This document shows, piece by piece, positions 59,491-64,000 of a DNA stretch of 64,000 nt. Made by a program: the position numbers and the translations under genes. The DNA comes from Picochlorum sp. SENEW3 (lineage: Eukaryota). The notes under the pieces are model-generated. The model made no database searches. It saw nothing but the letters and a program-made list of their open reading frames with translations, and was not told where the DNA came from. Numbering within the stretch: the stretch's first letter is position 1; every line of letters begins with the position of its first letter. Location of the stretch: NCBI GenBank assembly GCA_034226945.1, contig CP120462.1, positions 186,001 through 250,000 of the forward strand, read 5' to 3'.

Positions 59491-61092
59491 TTATGTAGAA
59501 TTTATTGACCAATCATATGGCAAATATCGAAACTGTATCGGTTCTCCCTTATCCAGGCACTTTTGAAGTGCTTGCCTGGTCTTCTCATCAGAGAGATGGG
59601 GCAGAATGAATTGGACTCTTTCCTTCTTCGTTGCACCAAAATCGCTTGCGTACCACTTGAAGATGGAAGATAGGTATAATTCGCGTGTATTTTCATCAAA
59701 CCGAACTTCTCCCTCACAGAATGCTTCAGTAGCAGCTTCCAACCCATCATTCAATGAATCCACACTGAAGACTTTAATAGGTGGACATGATCGAGCACCA
59801 CAGTTCAGAGCAAAATGGATCCGGGGATCTACCTTTGGCATTATATATTGTACACGGGGATCTTTCTCATTTGCGAATGTGGGCTTTGCAAGCCGTGATA
59901 TGCCCAAGATGCTCCATAGAGATGCAGGACTTCGAGCATTTGATCGAAGAATTCCGTGTTCGATGTCATTTGCCGAGAATCTATGCCCGCCAATATTGTA
60001 CGATACTTTATCAAACCACGTCAACCTCTCAAGTGTCGAGGTAGCCGGTCCAAACACGCATACTGCATGGACTATCAAACTGTTGTACATATTTATCCAA
60101 AAACACATAGCCTCCTGCATAGACATCCCTCCCAGATCGACAGCCTGCAAATCAACAGTCGCATCAACATATATTCGAAACTTATCGTCCAATCTCATTC
60201 CTGTATAATCCACCAATCTCCCATCCGAGGTCATGTACTCATCAAACAGCTCCAAAAGCAGCACCCTCAGCGTCTCACTCATCTCCACAGCAGATTGCAC
60301 CTTTTTCTCGCGCTTATGTGGCTTTATATGCGTATTCAGTGGTCTGCGGTCCACAGTTCCAGACACAATAGGTATTGCATCAGACCACTCCAAACCCTCA
60401 CCTTCCTCCACCAAAATGTGATATTTGAACATGTCACGCACGACATCTGAATCCCATATATCACTCACATCCTCTATTTTACTCTTTTGATTCCTATACG
60501 CATCTCGAATCTCTTTCAAACGCCGCACTGTTGCTACCAAACTAGTACTCTGGCTCTCACCAACATGGCCACTGTTAGATGACGCTGACGACAATAGCGC
60601 ATCCAAGTCATACTGCACACCGTCTTCAAGCAACAATCCAGTCCCATCAGGAGACTCGGCAAGAAGTTCCATCACCTCCGACGCCCCACCAACCAATCTT
60701 CCATTCACAAACACCATGGGCACCGTCCTCTTCCCTGTCATCCCCTTGACCGTATCCAACAAATCTCCTCTATATGTTAGATCAATATCTTTATATCTAA
60801 TATTATGCCGCTCCAGAGCATCCTTTACTCGTCTACAATACGCACAACCTACGATGGAAACGACAACCACATCCATGTCTGAGGATTTCTGGCGATTTCT
60901 GTCCTTTTCCGAATCAAAACGGTCCAATTCAGATGAATGTACGAGAGTAGAACTTTTAAATCCTTTTTCAGTGCGATACGAAACCTGACTCCAACGAAAG
61001 CGTCGAGAATGGAAATGTCGAACCGGAAAAGCACTCCAGTACACTGTCCCTGTTGTCTTAATTGATGGATGCCATCTCATACAATGCATCAT
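59491..61092 (-). CDS. Glutaredoxin plus DUF547-domain protein
   Basis: CAYC, RTVPMVFVNGRLVGG; FWINMYNSL, DIEHGILR, DPRIHFALNCGARSCP, LSSIFKWY, YDWSIN. Start inferred. Confidence 0.88.
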   Translation of the reverse strand: MMHCMRWHPSIKTTGTVYWSAFPVRHFHSRRFRWSQVSYRTEKGFKSSTLVHSSELDRFDSEKDRNRQKSSDMDVVVVSIVGCAYCRRVKDALERHNIRYKDIDLTYRGDLLDTVKGMTGKRTVPMVFVNGRLVGGASEVMELLAESPDGTGLLLEDGVQYDLDALLSSASSNSGHVGESQSTSLVATVRRLKEIRDAYRNQKSKIEDVSDIWDSDVVRDMFKYHILVEEGEGLEWSDAIPIVSGTVDRRPLNTHIKPHKREKKVQSAVEMSETLRVLLLELFDEYMTSDGRLVDYTGMRLDDKFRIYVDATVDLQAVDLGGMSMQEAMCFWINMYNSLIVHAVCVFGPATSTLERLTWFDKVSYNIGGHRFSANDIEHGILRSNARSPASLWSILGISRLAKPTFANEKDPRVQYIMPKVDPRIHFALNCGARSCPPIKVFSVDSLNDGLEAATEAFCEGEVRFDENTRELYLSSIFKWYASDFGATKKERVQFILPHLSDEKTRQALQKCLDKGEPIQFRYLPYDWSINST

Positions 61093-61359
61093 CAGTAAAA
61101 TTTTCGATTGTTTACAAGACAAAAGAATGGATCCATGGACCAACCTGCAATTGCAATTAATTGCAAGAACACACGAGTGCGCCATGCTGACGTGGCCAGA
61201 TCTGCAAACTGTCCCAGAACTATCGAGAACGATCCCCAAAAAGACGCAGAAGTAATAGTAGCATTTAAAGAGAGCTACTCCTACTTCACAACACGAAGAT
61301 ACGACCCATCTCCTGCACAGATAGGATAGAAGGAAAACACCCTGCTCAACGCTAGTACC

Positions 61360-62148
61360 ATGGGTCTCATCCGAACTCTGCTTGGTGTACGTGATAATCA
61401 TGCTCTTCCTGAACTGTAGTCTATATAGTTACTGATATTACATTCTGAATGCATCCAGGCTGCTGTGGATAAGATTGCCGGAGAAGAGAAACCCAACAGC
61501 AATACCCCGCCTGCTCCGACAGACCCAGAGAAGCAACAACAAGGTCCGTATGATGCCACCAACAGCGTACCTCCCACCACATACAATGATCGAGAGGCAC
61601 GAAGAGAAAGAAAAAGACAGAGGCGACAGTCGAGATTTATACTGATTCTCGGCCTGCTCACAGACAAGGATTCTCGCTGGAGGTATTCCTTCAGATCCAT
61701 GGTTCGTTGGGCCATCACCATGATTATTGTGGGTATTGTGTTCGTCTGTCTCACAGCAACAGGTGTCTATCCTGCAAGCGTCGCCGATCAAAAGTACCTC
61801 AATCTCTTTGGGGAGGGATTGGCCAAGTACTCGATGTACATCGTGGCTGGTATTCTCGCCATTATCGCCGTTCCAATTGCTCGGAAACAGATTGTATCAA
61901 AGACATCCCTGTGGCTACCAATGAGCATGGTCTTGCTTGCCATGCTCATGGCCATCGCAACAATCGGTATGAGTATTCAAATTCTGGTGGATTTGAACAA
62001 TGAAGCTTCTGTCGAGTGGTGGAGTTGGCTCATCCTGGCATTGATCATTGTTCAACGCCTGTGCTTCAGTGTGGCCTGTGGAGCATCCTTGGCCACCATG
62101 GTGGATGCATCACGCCATGATCCCGAATGCCTCTCTGTCTTCTCTTAA
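61360..62148 (+). CDS. Hypothetical four-TM membrane protein (exons 61360-61386, 61459-62148)
   Basis: MGLIRTLLG joined by a GTACGT..CCAG intron to an ORF with four hydrophobic segments. Confidence 0.65.
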
Positions 62149-62362
62149 TCGATCCATCGATGGACCAGTGAACCCAATATTGATTGACCCAGCTCGAACT
62201 TGCTGGGGATTTTTTTCCTTTGCAATGCCTTCCTAAAGAAGAAAAGAAGGAAACCTTCCATGAAAGGAATCCATCTCTGTCATTTTCCTGAATTCGGTTT
62301 GCGTCGAGTGTGTAATAAAGATAGTATTAGTAATTATTTAACTATACTTCAGGCGCATAAAG

Positions 62363-62737
62363 ATGGCATCGCGGATATATCAGGCCGCATCAAAGGCAAA
62401 GCAGGCGCTGGATCCCTTGTACAAGACTGCTCGCACTGAGACCATCAAGCAGTATGAAATCATGATGAAGAATAACGCTGAATATGTGGTGAAGGATGAG
62501 GTCGCTGCAGATAAGCTGGCAAAGCAATGGTTTTTCACGAAAATGTCGAAAATACCTGCAGGTATTGAGCATTCTGAGAAGGAATTGGGAGTGGTCAAGG
62601 GCAAGTTATGCAACATAGGTGATCTTTCTGCGCAAGAGATGGGCGTGTATCTTGCGTTTGCGGCAGAATTGTATGCTTGGTTTGCTATTGGTGAGATTGT
62701 TGGAAGGGGAGGGTCCATTACTGGATATGACATTTGA
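62363..62737 (+). CDS. Mitochondrial ATP synthase subunit g
   Basis: LAKQWFFTKMSKIP; FAAELYAWFAIGEIVGRGGSITGY (GxxxG). Confidence 0.9.
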   Translation: MASRIYQAASKAKQALDPLYKTARTETIKQYEIMMKNNAEYVVKDEVAADKLAKQWFFTKMSKIPAGIEHSEKELGVVKGKLCNIGDLSAQEMGVYLAFAAELYAWFAIGEIVGRGGSITGYDI

Positions 62738-62786
62738 TTTGGTCTTGTATAGGAATATGTAATACAAAAATATATAGTAGTAGTAG

Positions 62787-64000
62787 ATGAGAATGTCGTA
62801 TTCTTCAAATTACACGAATAGGGCGGCAAAAACGACTCCTGTCCACCGTGGACATGTGGCACAAACCCACCACTATTCCCACCACTCTGGTGGGGGTGGA
62901 AGACGGCGAATGCAGGCGACGCGATGTCAGACTCGTTCTGTAGTCGATAGAAACGTAATATATGGCGATGATGCTGTGCCGCTGAAGAGACGTCGCGGAA
63001 TAAGGTTGCCGACAAGGACGAGTCACATGTCTTCCGTCACGGTGGCCTCCTTTGCTGTCACGATGACGTTGGCATTGAGTTTTGGGTTTTCAAGTTTATA
63101 TAGAAGGACATCAGATAGGGTGGTCGGGGTAGGGGTGGGTGGAGGTGATACGAGTGGTTTTTCTGGTGGAGGTGTTACTCTGGGAGTGATAGTGCATCCT
63201 GATGAAACGAGTACTCTTGGTGGGGCGGCGTGGAAGGATGTCTTGGAGCATATGAACACTCGACTAGGATGGGAAGATCCTGGATATTCGTTGAGGGTGT
63301 ATGGTGTAGGAGAACCAATTGGTGCTGGAGATGTGGATGGCATTATGGCTCTTGGAATCAAGAATGATGATGATGCTGCACAGGTGAAGGCGCAAACAGC
63401 GTCCTACGATTCGTTTATTGCAGTAGATTCAAGTGATATTCTGGTTGATATAAATCGAATACAAGGGTCGGATGTGTCAAAGAAGGGGCGGTACCCTGGG
63501 TTGATAGAAGCAGTAGTAGACATGGTGTTGCCAAAACAAAAGGACGCTAGGGCCGCAGTGGGCAGTATTATGGAGTTGTATGGAAGGAAATCGTCCGATG
63601 ATTTGTTCTACTCGTTTTTAGTTTTCATCAATGTTGCATTGCAACCTGTTCCAGCAGTACAGAATTCTACAAAGAGATCTGATGCAGGTCTGTCAGAATT
63701 ATATTGCATGGTATCCAAATGCGGTTCTGAAATCTTTCAGTGCGTTACTGATCCAGAGTGCAAGACGGCATTGGATTGTTTGAATTCTTGCAGCTTTAAT
63801 GATCAAGTGTGCTCGTATCGATGCATTGCATCGTATGAGTCTGTGCCACTCCAAGAGTTCAGTCTGTGCATTCTGCAAAAGCACAACTGCTTGGGTTTGG
63901 ACGCAAGCATCCCTAGCAAACCTGAACCAAAGCCGATGGCTGAATTTCAAGGACAAAAGATGACACATGCTCTGGCGCAAGACTTGTTCGTCGGGTGGCT
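62787..64000 (+). CDS. VDR: Violaxanthin de-epoxidase-related protein, runs off the window end
   Basis: Frame from ATG 62787 with the Cys-rich CMVSKCGSEIFQCVTDPECKTALDCLNSCSFNDQVCSYRCIASYES...FSLCILQKHNCLG; absent from the ORF track because there is no stop in the window. Confidence 0.8.
   Translation, partial: MRMSYSSNYTNRAAKTTPVHRGHVAQTHHYSHHSGGGGRRRMQATRCQTRSVVDRNVIYGDDAVPLKRRRGIRLPTRTSHMSSVTVASFAVTMTLALSFGFSSLYRRTSDRVVGVGVGGGDTSGFSGGGVTLGVIVHPDETSTLGGAAWKDVLEHMNTRLGWEDPGYSLRVYGVGEPIGAGDVDGIMALGIKNDDDAAQVKAQTASYDSFIAVDSSDILVDINRIQGSDVSKKGRYPGLIEAVVDMVLPKQKDARAAVGSIMELYGRKSSDDLFYSFLVFINVALQPVPAVQNSTKRSDAGLSELYCMVSKCGSEIFQCVTDPECKTALDCLNSCSFNDQVCSYRCIASYESVPLQEFSLCILQKHNCLGLDASIPSKPEPKPMAEFQGQKMTHALAQDLFVGW

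Overview
Gene-dense, intron-poor eukaryotic nuclear DNA from a photosynthetic organism. GT..AG introns, plastid- and mitochondrion-targeted genes, LHCA3 and TGTAA poly(A)-like signals suggest a compact green-algal genome such as Picochlorum (inference). The window holds about 40 protein genes, mostly housekeeping, and one intron-containing tRNA-Trp(CCA). The main accessory region is 37987-47923, next to the tRNA: a recent 5.16-kb-offset tandem duplication of an ankyrin-repeat gene (6 versus 20 repeats, with hypervariable binding positions) and GTP cyclohydrolase I. In the first copy the middle of GCH1 is replaced by a 2.8-kb segment carrying an MFS transporter. Other notable items: two putative single-hairpin ACA pseudouridylation guides in the dihydroorotase intron; a COX23-like gene, missed by the ORF track, whose stop overlaps the IF3 start (ATGA); a kinase with an MLKL-like helical N-terminus and WD40-like repeats; a cofilin with SHOCT-like repeats; a secreted stand-alone Cache-like protein; and a 10-unit Cys-rich repeat surface protein. 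All assignments come from motif recognition by eye; no searches were run. Several homopolymer indels suggest long-read assembly errors.
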